Shown here: in pieces, positions 50,263 through 62,900 of the stretch
Numbering within the stretch: the stretch's first letter is position 1
How the letters are laid out: the number at the start of each line of letters is the position of its first letter
From: Tricharina praecox
Taxonomy: Eukaryota
Assembly: GCF_024521635.1 (NCBI RefSeq)
Contig: NW_026250409.1
Location: forward strand, 372,001-436,000
DNA length: 64,000 nt
Direction: 5' to 3'
Translations under genes and position numbers: made by a program
Notes under the pieces: model-generated
Database searches by the model: none
Told to the model about the DNA's origin: nothing
Seen by the model: the letters and a program-made list of their open reading frames with translations, nothing else

Positions 50263-53200
50263 TGAAGGCAAGTACCGCATGCATGCTAGATAGAGGAGAG
50301 ACACATGGACTGGGAATAAGGAATACCGACCGATGGGAGCGTGAGGCTAAGGGCAAGTTGCAACAACAAAGAAAGCCACCCTCCACCCTCCACCCTCCAC
50401 CCCGATGAGCACAAAGTAGAGTTAAACAGATCTGGTGGAAAAAGGACCCGGGCGGCGGGCACTGGATTCGGGCGGTTCACTGCCATCGCCATACCTACGG
50501 CACCTACCCACGATCGAGTGAGCACTGAGCCGTACCACAATACCGGGCCAGTGGCCAGCTCCAAATGTCATGATAAGCTTGAAGTCTTGAAGTCTTGAAG
50601 CTTGAGAACTCCGGCGGTGGTGTTCTTTCCCTCTTCTGTGGCGTTTCGCCGAGCTGGTATCACACATACATAGTCTAGATTTCGGCCGTAACTATGCATG
50701 GCCCATACTCTACATAGCCCACGGCCCACGAATTCTAGATACTGACGATCATCATCCACAGCAGCCCTGAATCCCCCTCCACCCAAACCTGATCACCACC
50801 AGCTAACGCAAGCCACATTTGCACTCCACTCCACTACCTATATGCACCGTCTGTGCGCTGCCTCAGAAGTTATGTATCTGATCATCATCGCCCGCCCGCT
50901 TTACCCGCCCATCCAGCCCATGATCCATCCATCCAGCCCATCCACTCCGAACGAAAGGGTGTGAAGAAGGGTGTGAAGTGAAGTGAGGTGTGAAACCAGT
51001 TCAGTTCCCTCCCACGCACACACCCACACCCACACCCACACGCACGCACTCGCATAACTACACACACACACACACACGCATACTCGCACGCATACTCGCA
51101 CGCATACTCGCACGCATACTCGCACAGACCCTGGGGCCTCTCGTGGGGTGCGGGGTAAGCCCTCCAACTCCACACCGTCTCCACTCCTCCTCCTTGAGGA
51201 GGAGGCCGTCCTGTGCGATCTGGGATTCTGGGTCTGGGTCTGGGGGGCGACACCGCGACGAGAGGAAAGGGCGCAGATGGATGTTAGCTTTGTCGTGTGT
51301 GTCGTGTGTGGTGTGCATGTGGTACATGCCGGTGGTGGTGCTGGACGGAGAAGGTGCCAGTACAGTATGTACAGTAGAGTACAGTACCGGTATGCGGAGA
51401 TCAGGGGTTGTGTTACCAACAGGCTACACTGCTACAGCACCTTTATTTTATTTTCTGAGTTTATTTTTTGAGAGAGGGTGAGGTGAGGCGACTCTGGCGA
51501 GGGCCAAGCTCTCTCGAGTCTTGAAGGGGGATTGGGAGGACTGCGAGGACCGGGAGTGACTTTTACCGCTCGCTCGGCGTAAGCTGCAATCGTGGGAAAT
51601 CATCGCGGACGACATGGGAACGACATGGCAACGATGTGGGAATGATAATAACCCGCAACCCCAACGCTTCTGCCTTCGAGGCTCGAGGCTCGAGTTCGGA
51701 ACTTCGTCATACAGACTCCAGCTGGACTCTGGAGTCTGGAGTTCTTGCTTTCCACTGCCTACTTTTAAGCACTGTTGATGCCATCCCCCCCCCTCCCCCC
51801 CGGCACTGGTACATACCGGCCCGCACCGCCGCCGACACGTGACGTCATCCATGAGGTAAGTTCCGTTATGTACTCTACATACACACAATTCTCACGATGA
51901 ACGGAAACATTTTCGCTGATTTCGACGGCAGGATACGCCTTACGCTTCACATACACAGCAGCAGGACTGCTTGCCCGGAGGATGCTGGGCAGTAGGAGTG
52001 AATCGGCTGACCGAACGGCGAACGAACGTTTGAGTCCCCCATCCCCCATCCCCTTTCCCCCCGCTCCCCGGGGAAACCGAACGGAGCAGAGGTCCTGATG
52101 CGATGAGGCATGGGGGCTATCAAGGGCTATCATCGATGCAAGCAAACAAGTTACGAGCATCTCCCCGGCCAAAGATCCGCGATATCCTCGCTCGCTCGCC
52201 GTTTAACTCTACTCTACCTGCTTGTGTACCTACCCCCAAGCACTTTTCTTTTTTTCATAAACGAAAGATGAAGAAGACGAAGAAGTGACAGCTGCGGTCC
52301 TGCGGAAACATGCGCGGGACCATGTTACCATGATGGGGATCCTCAACGGCGCCGCTTCTCTCTCTCTTTACATGCTCTCTCTCTCTATATGTCTCTCTTT
52401 ACTCTCGAAAGGTACCGGTACGTACTACATAGGGTGAAACAATCAAAAAGCAATACAAATCAAACATAACCAACTCGGGTATCGCGGACTCTATGTATTC
52501 CTCCTCCCCTCCTCCCCTCCTCCCCCGCTGTTGCGATGGATAGGTACTTACATACAACTTCTATCCCCACTCCAAAAACTCTGTATACCCCGCCAATCAT
52601 CCAGACCGCTCTTCTCGAGCGGCGAGCCCGGCGCCCGCAGGCTTAATCGCGCGGCATGGAGATATGTATGATATGTATGTATGATACGTATGTATGTATG
52701 TAGGTGGGTATGATATGTAGTGGCTCGTTTGGCTATCGTTTGGCTGCCGTTGCTGCTGTTATTGATGCCGTCGGGGGGATCGCTCCACCTCCACCTCCAC
52801 CTCTCCACAGTCAGCAGAGTGGGAGTTGGGAGTTACATAGGAGTGGGAGCACGACGACGCGCGCGTGGTAATCATCAATGCAAAACGTCAGCGTGCAGAT
52901 CGCGGCCTCGATTCGCTCCCCGCATGCTATTCGTGAGTGCTGGGGAGGGCGAGGGCTTGGGAGGCGGAGTTGGTGGGAGTGGCAGCGAGAGGCGCTGCGG
53001 GTTGGCTACGGTCCTGCGGTCCTGCGGATCTATGTGGGGAAACGCCGCGATGTGGTGCCGCTGCAGGCCTGTGCAGGTGAGGGTGCTGGGCTGGCGAGGG
53101 TGCTGAGGGTGCCGAGGCAGTGCCGAAGTTCGAACTGGCTGCACGCCGCACGGCAGTCGGTGGGATTGGGCAGTGAGGTCGCCGCCGCCTTCGACCTTCG

Positions 53201-53452
53201 CCTTTGACTTCGACCTTCGTGCTTCGGGTACATGGTGTTTCCTGGGAAGTCGGTGCCGGAGCATGGAGGGGAATGCGGTTGGAACTTGGTGCTGCCGGTG
53301 GTGCTGCCGGTGATGGATCATGGTAGTGGTGATAGTGGTGATAGTGGTGATAGTGGTGATGGTGGTGGTGGTCTATCCCATCCAGGCTGCAGATCATCAT
53401 CATGTGAGGGGTTTACGTTTCGAGTGAGCGGGTGCTGAGTGCTCAGGTATAT

Positions 53453-53548
53453 AGACTGTAGACAAGACTGTAGACAAGACTGTAGACAAGACTGTAGACA
53501 AGACTGTAGACAAGACTGTAGACAAGACTGTAGACAAGACTGTAGACA
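53453..53548. repeat. Perfect 12-bp minisatellite (AGACTGTAGACA)x8
   Basis: Eight identical units with no spacers. Confidence 0.95.
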
Positions 53549-53941
53549 TGCGCGTGCCAGTAGTTGTTTACCGTGCACCGTGCAGTTAGGTGAGGCAATA
53601 CTCGTACTGTATGTACTGTATGTACTGTACGTACACTACTCTATGTGCCCCCCGCCCCGCAGTGGGGTGACGATCGCGAGAGGTGGAGGTGGAGGTGGAG
53701 GCTGGGCCGCTGGGGGGTTTCCTACATACACAGATACATACATCCATAGCCCAGCCATCTGCGATTTTCGTATGATACGCTACCTACATACGTGCCCTAC
53801 ATGCCCTACATTCTACAGGGAGCAAGCTTCAAAGGTATATTCCGTCCCAACATTACCGTATTTACAACTTACTGGCGGTACCCAGCGGGTGGAGAATCGA
53901 TATATTCACTACCTCTCACTCGCGGCGACTCGGCGAGTGCA

Positions 53942-54039
53942 CAATAACAACAACAACAATAACAATAACAACAACAACAATAACAACAACAACAATAACA
54001 ACAACAACAATAACAACAACAACAATAACAATAACAACA
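53942..54039. repeat. (AAC/AAT)n microsatellite
   Basis: About 32 triplets read directly. Confidence 0.95.
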
Positions 54040-56892
54040 GCCCACGCACGCACGCTGTTAATGCGTCCAGCGTTAATGAACTCAATCGGTATATATCCTC
54101 CTCCGATCCGAGACCGTGGTCCGTGGCGGACGCGGACCAATTGGAAGATGTATATAAGGGCAATGACGTCCGCGGAACGAACGGACAGGAGATGGTGAGA
54201 GTGAGAGTGGGTTGTCTGGTTCATCCAATCTTCGATGCTGTAGGTACGTACGTAGGTAATAGGGTATTGCAGTCTTAAGCTTTTTTGTCTGCCAGCGAGG
54301 CATAATATCATTTATGTATCATATGTACTTACCTATCGACAGTCGACTCCGCCCATTGAGCGACCAAACCGGCGGGAGCTGGAGGAGGCGTATCCATCCA
54401 TCTAGAAGTAGTATGGACCGGACTGTGCTGTGCTCTGCGAGAGTACTTATATACCAAAGTACCTACATACCAAAGTACCTCCTTGAGTACTTGCTTGCTC
54501 AAGCACCCACTCGACGGTCCATTAATAATGGCGAGCACCTTACGGAATCAACCAATCAGCAAAGCCAAAACAAAAACAAAAACCCCTCGTGCCCCATAAT
54601 ATTATACATACTCTTCAGGGAGGAGAGTCCGAGAAGAGCGGCGTCTTCCAGAAGTACATAAGCATGTACTTACCTTACATACCCTACCTTACCTTACCTT
54701 ACCTTACCTATGCTGCTATGTAAGTAGAGGACGGTATGTATGCAGACTTCGCCCGGAAGCACCACGCCAGTTCCCCAGATTCGCAGGCTCGCAAATTGCT
54801 CCTGCTGACAGCCCTTCTTTTTCCTTCTATTATTCATTTTTCCTTCTATTTTTCTTTTCTTTCTTTCGGCAGCGTCATCGCCCGATCTCGCTCCCCCACA
54901 AACGCGGATCGCCCCAGGACCCCAATCGGAAAAATCCCCATGTTCCTGTTTTATTTATTTTTTGGGGGGTGGTGACGGGGGGGGGGGGGTAGGGTAGGGG
55001 ACAAGACATCTCGTGCCGAGAAGCGATACGCAAAGGTAACGTGATGCGATCTGATTCGGCCACGTCGGTGGGCGAGGAAGATACCTACTAACCAGGTGGA
55101 TAGATGAAACCGGGTCGAACACGGCCACCACTGCTACAGCTACTACCACGGGAGGTGCTGGTGAGCTGTCATTACATACCTTTCCATTCGAGCGATACCC
55201 ACACCCATACATACCATACCGTACCTATATACTCACGCTACATACGTGCAGCGCCGGTACCGGCAGCTAACTGCTAAACGTGCGATTAACTTGGCGGTGC
55301 TGCTTCCGTGCGTACCATTGGGCGTAGGGACGGCGGTCGAGGGACGGAGAGAGGGCGCGGTCTGTCACACGACTGGATACATACGATAGTTACTTGCCTA
55401 TCAAGCATCGATATAGTACTCGTAGCTCGCAGGCATCGCGCTCTATCGGCGCCTGTTCGCTGGCCGAAAATGAGCTATACTAGTAATCTCGAGCTACGTC
55501 GTGGCCGTCGGTCGGTCGGTTGGTGCATTAGGGCCCAGGCTGCATGACGAGCAGTGAGTGAGTGAGTGAGAGCCCATGAGGCCACGGATCGCAGGATGCC
55601 GACGAGCGGCGAGGGAGCTCACGGCGCCCCACCGCGGTATTTGCTCCTTCCCTCCATGCCTTCCTCGACTTCGTATAATATGCACCCGTCGCGTGGTCTG
55701 AGGGGGGGAACGGAAGGTTTGCACATATGCATCTCCAGGAAACAACTCTCCCGTCTCCACGCATCAGTGAAACGACGACGACCGCCAGCAGGTCCGCATG
55801 CATCGTCCGGACCGGTAGGTTTCGCAACTCGTTCGATCGACAGCGGAGCAATGGACCGGAAGCGCAAGAAGAAGAAACAGAAGGATACGAAACCCTCCCT
55901 TGGACCACGAAGCTTGAAGCTTGAAGGAGCATCCCGACATTCCTGCCACGCATTTGATCGCTTCTACGTATGTGCGGTAGAGTACAAACATGCGAGTGCG
56001 AGACCACCGTCGACTATGGCGATGTACGCGCAGTCTCCGTGCAACCATTGGCCCGGTCACACCGTCACAGTAGACGACCCGCCCACATTCCTGGCGCTCC
56101 GTGGCCGCATGAAATCCACAGTTGCCGGCCGGCTGGGCACGCAGAAACCAAAATCCGTGCAGGTGCAGGTGGACCGAGCTGATAATTGCCTGATGGGGCA
56201 ATATTGGGGGACCTGCTTGCCTGTATGTATGTAGGAAAGAGTCTATCTAGATGGAAAGAGCGGTACATACCGCGAAACATGGCATATCACTCCGATAGGT
56301 AGCAGTTTCGTGCAGCGTCTCTCTCTCGCAGCACCCATCGATCGGCCCCGTGAGTCGCGAGTCGCAACACATCCAAGCCCCCGGGAGAACTCGCCGTCCC
56401 GGACGAGCTCAGCGGCTCAGCCTGAGCTGCGGTAGTGAAACTGTGAAACTGTGAAACTGTGAAAGAAAGAAAAGAAAAACCTGCATCAGTGTCGGGCAAT
56501 CGCTTCCCCAGGCCCCTTACTTGCACCGCGCGGCGTTCCCGCACATGTAGATACTGGAATCTGCACATTACTGCATGCTGACAGAGCGAGCCCGCCAAGA
56601 GGGTACCGGGAGGAAATAGACGTGAGTTAGTGAGTGAGTGAGTGAGTGACGGTCCACGGGCTCTTCCTCAACCACTAGATTGGAGGGAAGCGTCGGACGC
56701 AGTCATGGCGCCCTCGGTCAGATACTTCCACGGGTGAGGCTGTTGGGGCTAGATTCGCACTGACTGAACTAGACTCCGGAGTGACGGAGTCTCACGTGAG
56801 GCTTCAGAGCGTGCTATGTGTGATTGGCATCTCGCGAGGGTAGATGATGAAGAGCACATAAGTAGGTACATACAAGATACACTGCATTCCTC

Positions 56893-57104
56893 GTTTTTGC
56901 GGACGGCTCTTTTGCCAACACCCTTCCAGGCCGGAGGCGGGATTGAGAGGAGAGCGCATACAGAAGAAAGAGGAGATGTGGAGGTTGATCGTCTGGGTAC
57001 ATATTCGGTAAATGATGAGAGAGAAGAAGAAGACGACCCCGCCATAGCCGCCAACGTTGATGCCCACTGCTAGCCACATTCGTTCGCTCCCGCCGACAGC
57101 TCCT
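56893..57104 (+). repeat. Third copy of the dispersed MULE-internal repeat, followed by an 11-bp tandem (ctcctccatag) to ~57165
   Basis: Shares ttttgc..ggct.ttttgccaa, agaaagaggagatg, ggttgatcgtct, gaagaagaagac, cgccat.gccgccaacgttgatgcccac and gctcccgccgac with 32701-32950. Confidence 0.85.
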
Positions 57105-57873
57105 CCATAGCTCCTTCATAGATCCTCCATAGCTCCTCCATAGCTCCTCCATAGCTCCGCCATATCGTCCTCACGGCGGGGAGGGAGCGCTGCCATCGCT
57201 CCAGGAGCTCCTCCGCCTGCCTGCCTGGAGAGCTGGCTGTCTGGAGATAAAGCTGGCTGCTGCTGCGGTATCGCTCTCCGCTCCCAGTCCACTCTACTAG
57301 TACTATCACAGAGTCCCGGGTCTCCGCCTTTCTCCGCCGCGCGCTGCGGGCCTGCGGTGTCCGTGCCCGCCGCTTGCACGTACAACTTCGGGCATCGGGC
57401 ATCGGGCATCGGGCATTATTTATCTAGGTGTCTACGTGGATGTCGATCTAAACCCCCCTAGCCAATACATCATTCTATGTACCTACCCCACCCTGCCGCC
57501 GCCGCCGCCGCCGCCCCAGGAGCGCACGGTTACGCACGGGATATCACTCATCCACATCCACATCCACATCCCCCCGGATCTGCGTGATCTAGAGCACTTT
57601 ACCGGAGACGGGACTGCGCAACGAATCATATGCGGAGTTTGTAGATTCGGTTCGCAAAGCGTGCGTGCGTGATTACAAAGTGATGGGGAATAGTTACGGA
57701 TGTACCTAGCAAAAGAAATCAAAAGGGTGGTATTTGTCCGCTCAAAGTCAAGAATCAAGATACGGTACTCAGACTCGCTCAGTCGCTCAAACAAAAACAA
57801 AGCAAATTGCCTAACAGATAATGCCCCCAAAATCCAAAAATCCAATCCAAAAAATCCAAGCTCCCAAGCTCCA

Positions 57874-59944
57874 CTAGCCAAAAACCGATCTCCTGTTCGT
57901 CGGTGTCCTATCGCCGTCTTCCGTCGCGGTTGTGGTCGATTGCATAGTGAGCGCACTCTCAGTCCTACTCTCTATTCCGAACGCGCTATTGCTCCTCTCG
58001 CCACTGCCGCGCCGATACAGCCAAGGCGGCACGCCGCGCAGCTCGGCACACAGCCAGTACTCGACGCCCCAGCGGTATCGCAGCCCCTCCCACTCAACGA
58101 CCACGCCGCGCAACGTCGACAGCACGGCGTAGACGAGACACCACCGGCCTTCGCGAGCCTCGATGCTCTTTGTCACGATCTTACCCGTGCCGTAGCTGCG
58201 CTCAAACTCTTTGAACGCCTCGACGAACCGGTTGCTCCCGCCGCCGGCACCGACGTTGTACGAGTCCAACAGGACGACGCTGATGGCCTCGCGGCTCTGG
58301 CGGCGGTCACGCAGCGGTGAGCCTTCCGGTGGCAGCGAGGGGAGCCGCGGGAGTGCCGCGGCGGGGTTGGTCGAGCCGTCGAAGTCGGTGAGCACTTGGG
58401 ATAGCAGTCTTCGGTACGAGTCGGTGCGGTCGGGGGTCTCGTCGACGAGCAGCTCGTACAGTGCCTGGAAGTCGTTCTGCAACATCAGGATCATGCCGCG
58501 CGAGAAGTGCGCGGGCGGCCACGACTTGACGCGGAAGATGGCCGTGTAGTATTGGATCACCCAGGTGCGGAACTTTTCGTATGCCCGGCGCCAGGCGCGC
58601 GGTATGTCCATTGCGTCGGTGCGACTGCTGCGGCGCGCGCGTTTCGGCCGGAGGTTGGAGAGGATCGGGAAGGTGAAGGTGTGTAGCGAGTCGATTGTGG
58701 TGTATACGCGTGCCTTGATGCTGAAGCTGGCGCGCTCGAGGAGTTGCCGCGTCGCCGGGGACACGAAGGTGAAGTCCTGCAGTGAGCAGAGGAAGTCGTA
58801 GCGACCAGCGCCGTGGATAAACGCTTCCGTGTAGATCTCGGTCCATTGGTAGCGCTCCGAGATCATCAATGTGTCGATGAGTCGGTGCGGGGCATGCCGC
58901 GGATCGTCGATGGCTTTGCTACGCAGCCAGGTTTCGATCTCGCCGAGTGTCTGTTCGCGCGTGGGACGCGCTTTGATGTCCGCGTTGGAGCCGAGCACGT
59001 ACATCTCCATCCGGTCCATGAAGTCGCTGAGCATGCTCGCGCCCAGCGGGTCCTCGAGACAGATCACATGGCGGCCGAAGAGGTAGGCAAAGAAGTTGCG
59101 GGTTGCGATCAGTTGGTTCAGCAGATCGTGGAGGTCTGACTCCGAGTCGAGGCGACGTGTGTCTGCCTCCTCGGAAGGGTCGTCGGAATCTTCCCATGGT
59201 GGGAAGTAGAGGATGTGTTTCGCGTCCTCCTTTGCGAGGAGCTGGCGGTGCAACGCGCTGTGCTCCTGCCATCGCTCCGACAGCGCGATCGTGAAGAACT
59301 CGGATTTCTTGCAGAGCGTTGCGCCGGAGAGTTTGAAGGACGGCGCATAGCGATGGGATTCGGACTTTGAACAGAGATATATCAGGGTGTCGCCCGTGGG
59401 GAACCAAAGCTCATTCGCCTGTCACAAACACAAATCAGCTCCAGCCCCCCCCCCCCCCCCCCCCCCAGCGACATCGTCTCTCACGGTATATACACACCTT
59501 ACGCCCATACACAAGCGGCGTAACATCAAGCTCCGGCTGCCCGCCGCCCCGGACCTGTCTAAAAACCCTTGCCTTGGGTATCTTCCACCCGATCTTCAAG
59601 TCGTGCTCTTCGTCCTCCTCCTTCACCGTTGCTGTCGCCTTGCGCACCATCCCCTTCGGCGTCGCGGACCGAATCAACTCCTCGTCCCGCTCTTCCACGA
59701 CCGACGAGACCGCCGGTGGGCGCAAAGCCGTCCACCGAGCCAATCTCGACTTCGACCGTTCCGGAGGCGGCGACACATCCTGCCCACTCGTACCGCCCCG
59801 GACTGTGACTACTGACGACGGCGCTTTCTCGCGCGGATTGAGGACGCTGAGTGAAATCCTTCGCGCGAGCCGTCGTACTGTCGCCCCGGACTTTTCGAAC
59901 AGCGTGCTGGACCGGCGCGGGATCGTTTTCGCGTTCGATGCCAT
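57874..59944 (-). CDS. Conserved fungal hypothetical protein, ~663 aa, 2 exons
   Basis: Exons 59944-59498 and 59418-57874 (donor GTGTGT, branch CTGAT, acceptor CAG). Motifs ELWFPTGDTLIYL, PSFKL, LIATRNFFAYL, EAFIHGAG, WPP, DFQALYELLVD and AREGRWCLVYAVL resemble a widespread Pezizomycotina uncharacterised family. The exact donor is uncertain. Confidence 0.82.
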
Positions 59945-62900
59945 CTCGGTAGGTAGGTGGATACCTGCTCGTGAATAAAATAGTGTTATGATTATTGATA
60001 TCCGTTCATGAGGTGCGCGCGTCCGACGTTCCCTTGCTCTGGGCGTCCAGATATATCATGTCACAACCGTCTCTCCCCCCCGCCCCCTGCCCCCTTGTTT
60101 TCTGGTTGCTGGTATCTAGTGGCAACCAATCAGTTCCGCAGGCGTTGCAGTCTGCCCCATCGGCAACCCGTCATGTGTATAGTACCCGTAGAAGGTGGAG
60201 AGCGAGAAGTGGTCTGTGTCGTCAGGCATTCTCTGCCTTAGGTCTTCAACCGCAAACAAGTTTTCCCTTCACTTGGTCCCATCTCGTCTGGTCTCGTCTC
60301 GCCCCGCCTCGCCAATCGCTCGGCGTGGCGAAGCCATTGGCTGCAACCCTAACCCAACCCACTCCGCCTGCTGCCCACTGCCCACTGCCCACTGCCCACT
60401 GCCCACTGCCCAGCGGAGCTGCGGAGGACCCCATCTGTCTATGTGAAACACGGCCTCGATTGGCCGTAGGCCCGTAGACATGCCCGACCAGCTGCCCTGT
60501 CCCTCCGAACCTCGAGGCCGCACGTTGGAGTCTGTAGGGCTCGTGGGCTGATTCTGGTCCCCCTTGGCAACCGCTTTTTGACATCCTCGCTTGCCGCTGG
60601 ACTCCGCACATCCCTTGTCCGAGACAGCTTGGCCCCTCTTCCCCCGCCTGCAGGTTCGCGTTTTGGCCTACATATAGTTATACGCCATAGGTATCTATGT
60701 AGCCGCGCCTGGCCGATCGCCGTGGCCTTACGCTGCGCGGATCAAACACGGGGGAAAAGCGGGCTTCCACCGTAGAAATGGTCCCAGTGGTGGTGCTTTT
60801 CCGCCTCGCCGTGGGAGGGGAGAGACTGCCCTAAGAGGGAGCGGGTGTGCATCGCCGATAGGGAGCCGCTGCATAAAGCCCTCACTACCCGTGCCAGTAT
60901 CCGAGGACGGCCCGAAACATCATGACCACCGGGACTGGCATAGAGCCAGTGCCTTCTAAGTTCTTCTGGCGGCGGGGATCAGGATTCAGGATGGATGTTG
61001 CGGAGCGACAGGAATCGGTAACTAACCCCACTTCGATGCGAGCATGTACGTTTTCGAATCCCATAGATAGTCATTCCCAGAGTTCCGGCACCGGGATGGA
61101 CGCCGAGCTAGAGTATTTCCGTGATATCGGCATCGGCACAGATGGAGACATGCACAGATCATCACTCGGACCCATCCCACCCCATTCCATTTTCCAAAGC
61201 AGAGGGGCTCAAAAGACCGGCGGCAGTTATCTACGAGTACCATATCAAGAACCGCGATCGATAGAGGGGCGAGAGCTAAGAAGGAGACAGGACAGGAGCA
61301 GATGAATTGGAGCATGGCGGGATCCATCATTTGTTCGCAAATGGGTGCTGTTCGAATCCTTGAGGACAACGGAGATGGGCGGGAATGTCACCGTACAAGA
61401 TGCACCGCGACGGACTGTATGGTAGCGGGGGTTTCTATTTGCTACCATGAGCCCTCTGCGGGGCGGACAGGAAAGTTTGGATAATTCGATTCGCCATACC
61501 TAGTCTAGAAAGACTGTATGCGGAATAAATCGATGTTCTCTGTCACCCACTCCCTCTCAAGGCTGTCGGTGACATCAAAAGAGCGACGGCAATGCCCTTG
61601 TTTATAGAACGGGGAATTGGAAGCAAAACAACCACTATAACTTTGCATGCGTTCCTCCCTCCTCATCCTATCTATCTTTCACTCCCGCACTCGGCATCTA
61701 CCTTTACCAACTTCCTATGTACTAGCAATTAATTTTGTATTGTAACTACCGTACACTCCCCTCCTTCCTTCCTACCTGCTGGTAAACATGCCTGCATAGA
61801 TACTCTGCAATGCTGATAATCCAGTAGGTACTCTATTGATATCAACGTGGCCTGGAACCGCTGATCACGGACCCTGTTTCGCTGTTTCGCTGTCCTGCAA
61901 GTCTTGCACTTCCTTCTCTTCGTCCTAGCTCGTCCCTCCTTCCTCGAAGATTTCCCCACTATTTCTTCGCAGACCGGTCTTTCAGCGCTCTTCCGGCCGC
62001 CGTTCGTTACACCTCCGCCATTCCCTCGCCGTTTCTCTGCTATTCATTCTTCACTCGCAACTCCTTTCTCGATCATTCTCCTCGTCAAATTCAACCCAAC
62101 CGACGACCATTCGTGCGGACCTACCAAAACGCTAAGCATCTCTGTGCGTGGGGTTTTCAGTTCTCCACCGAAACTTGGGTGTTTTGAGGACATCGATTTC
62201 GTATATAGTGGGATCGCAAGGACGAGTGACGAACATGTGAAGTACCCAGCCGGAGCCATACATCGGGGGCTTGGGTGTTCCACCTGTAGGCTGTAGGCAG
62301 CAAGACGACAAGGCCAGGCTCCAGGGTACCGGAGTACGCAGAATGGCCACGATGGGCTGTCAGTGTTGAATGCGCCGGCCATGGCATACCTAATGGCGCC
62401 AGAACAATCCATTATCCTGCCGGCTTTGAGGGTTGCTCCCGACACCGGACGGATATCGGTATTCTTCGTTGCGTACTCACGGCCACCTGCGACTCTGCGA
62501 GCACTCTCCACTACCAGCCGTGAATGTGTAGCGGTAGTTGTGCACCGAGACCTGGTGTGGAGTGCTGGTAGCCGGCATGTATCGTCAAGTAGACAGTCGG
62601 ATACGACAGCTTCTACGCACCACTGTTCCATTCTGGCCGTGGTTCTGTGGACCGTATTTTCGCCACATCCACAGTGCACACCAGACACGCTTCACTAGTG
62701 AGCCAGAGAGCTAGACACGTCCTCCCAGCGAAGGGGAGTCGTTCGAATCTCGATCGTAGGGGGATCACGGGGTGTCCGTGTCGTTACGATGAATTGCCTT
62801 CACATGAATCTGACGAAACGTCAGCAAACCGAAACGAACACAGCATGTGTACTATTCAACACTGGTAGATACTGCAGAGCTCGTGCTACGATCCCGTCCA

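Noticed and set aside
53453..53548. Possible CRISPR-like array
   Set aside because: Identical units with no spacers, no cas genes, eukaryotic context.
53439..54278. 279-aa ORF with (CRQD)8 and poly-Asn
   Set aside because: The open frame is produced by a 12-bp minisatellite and an AAC microsatellite; non-ATG start and no domain.
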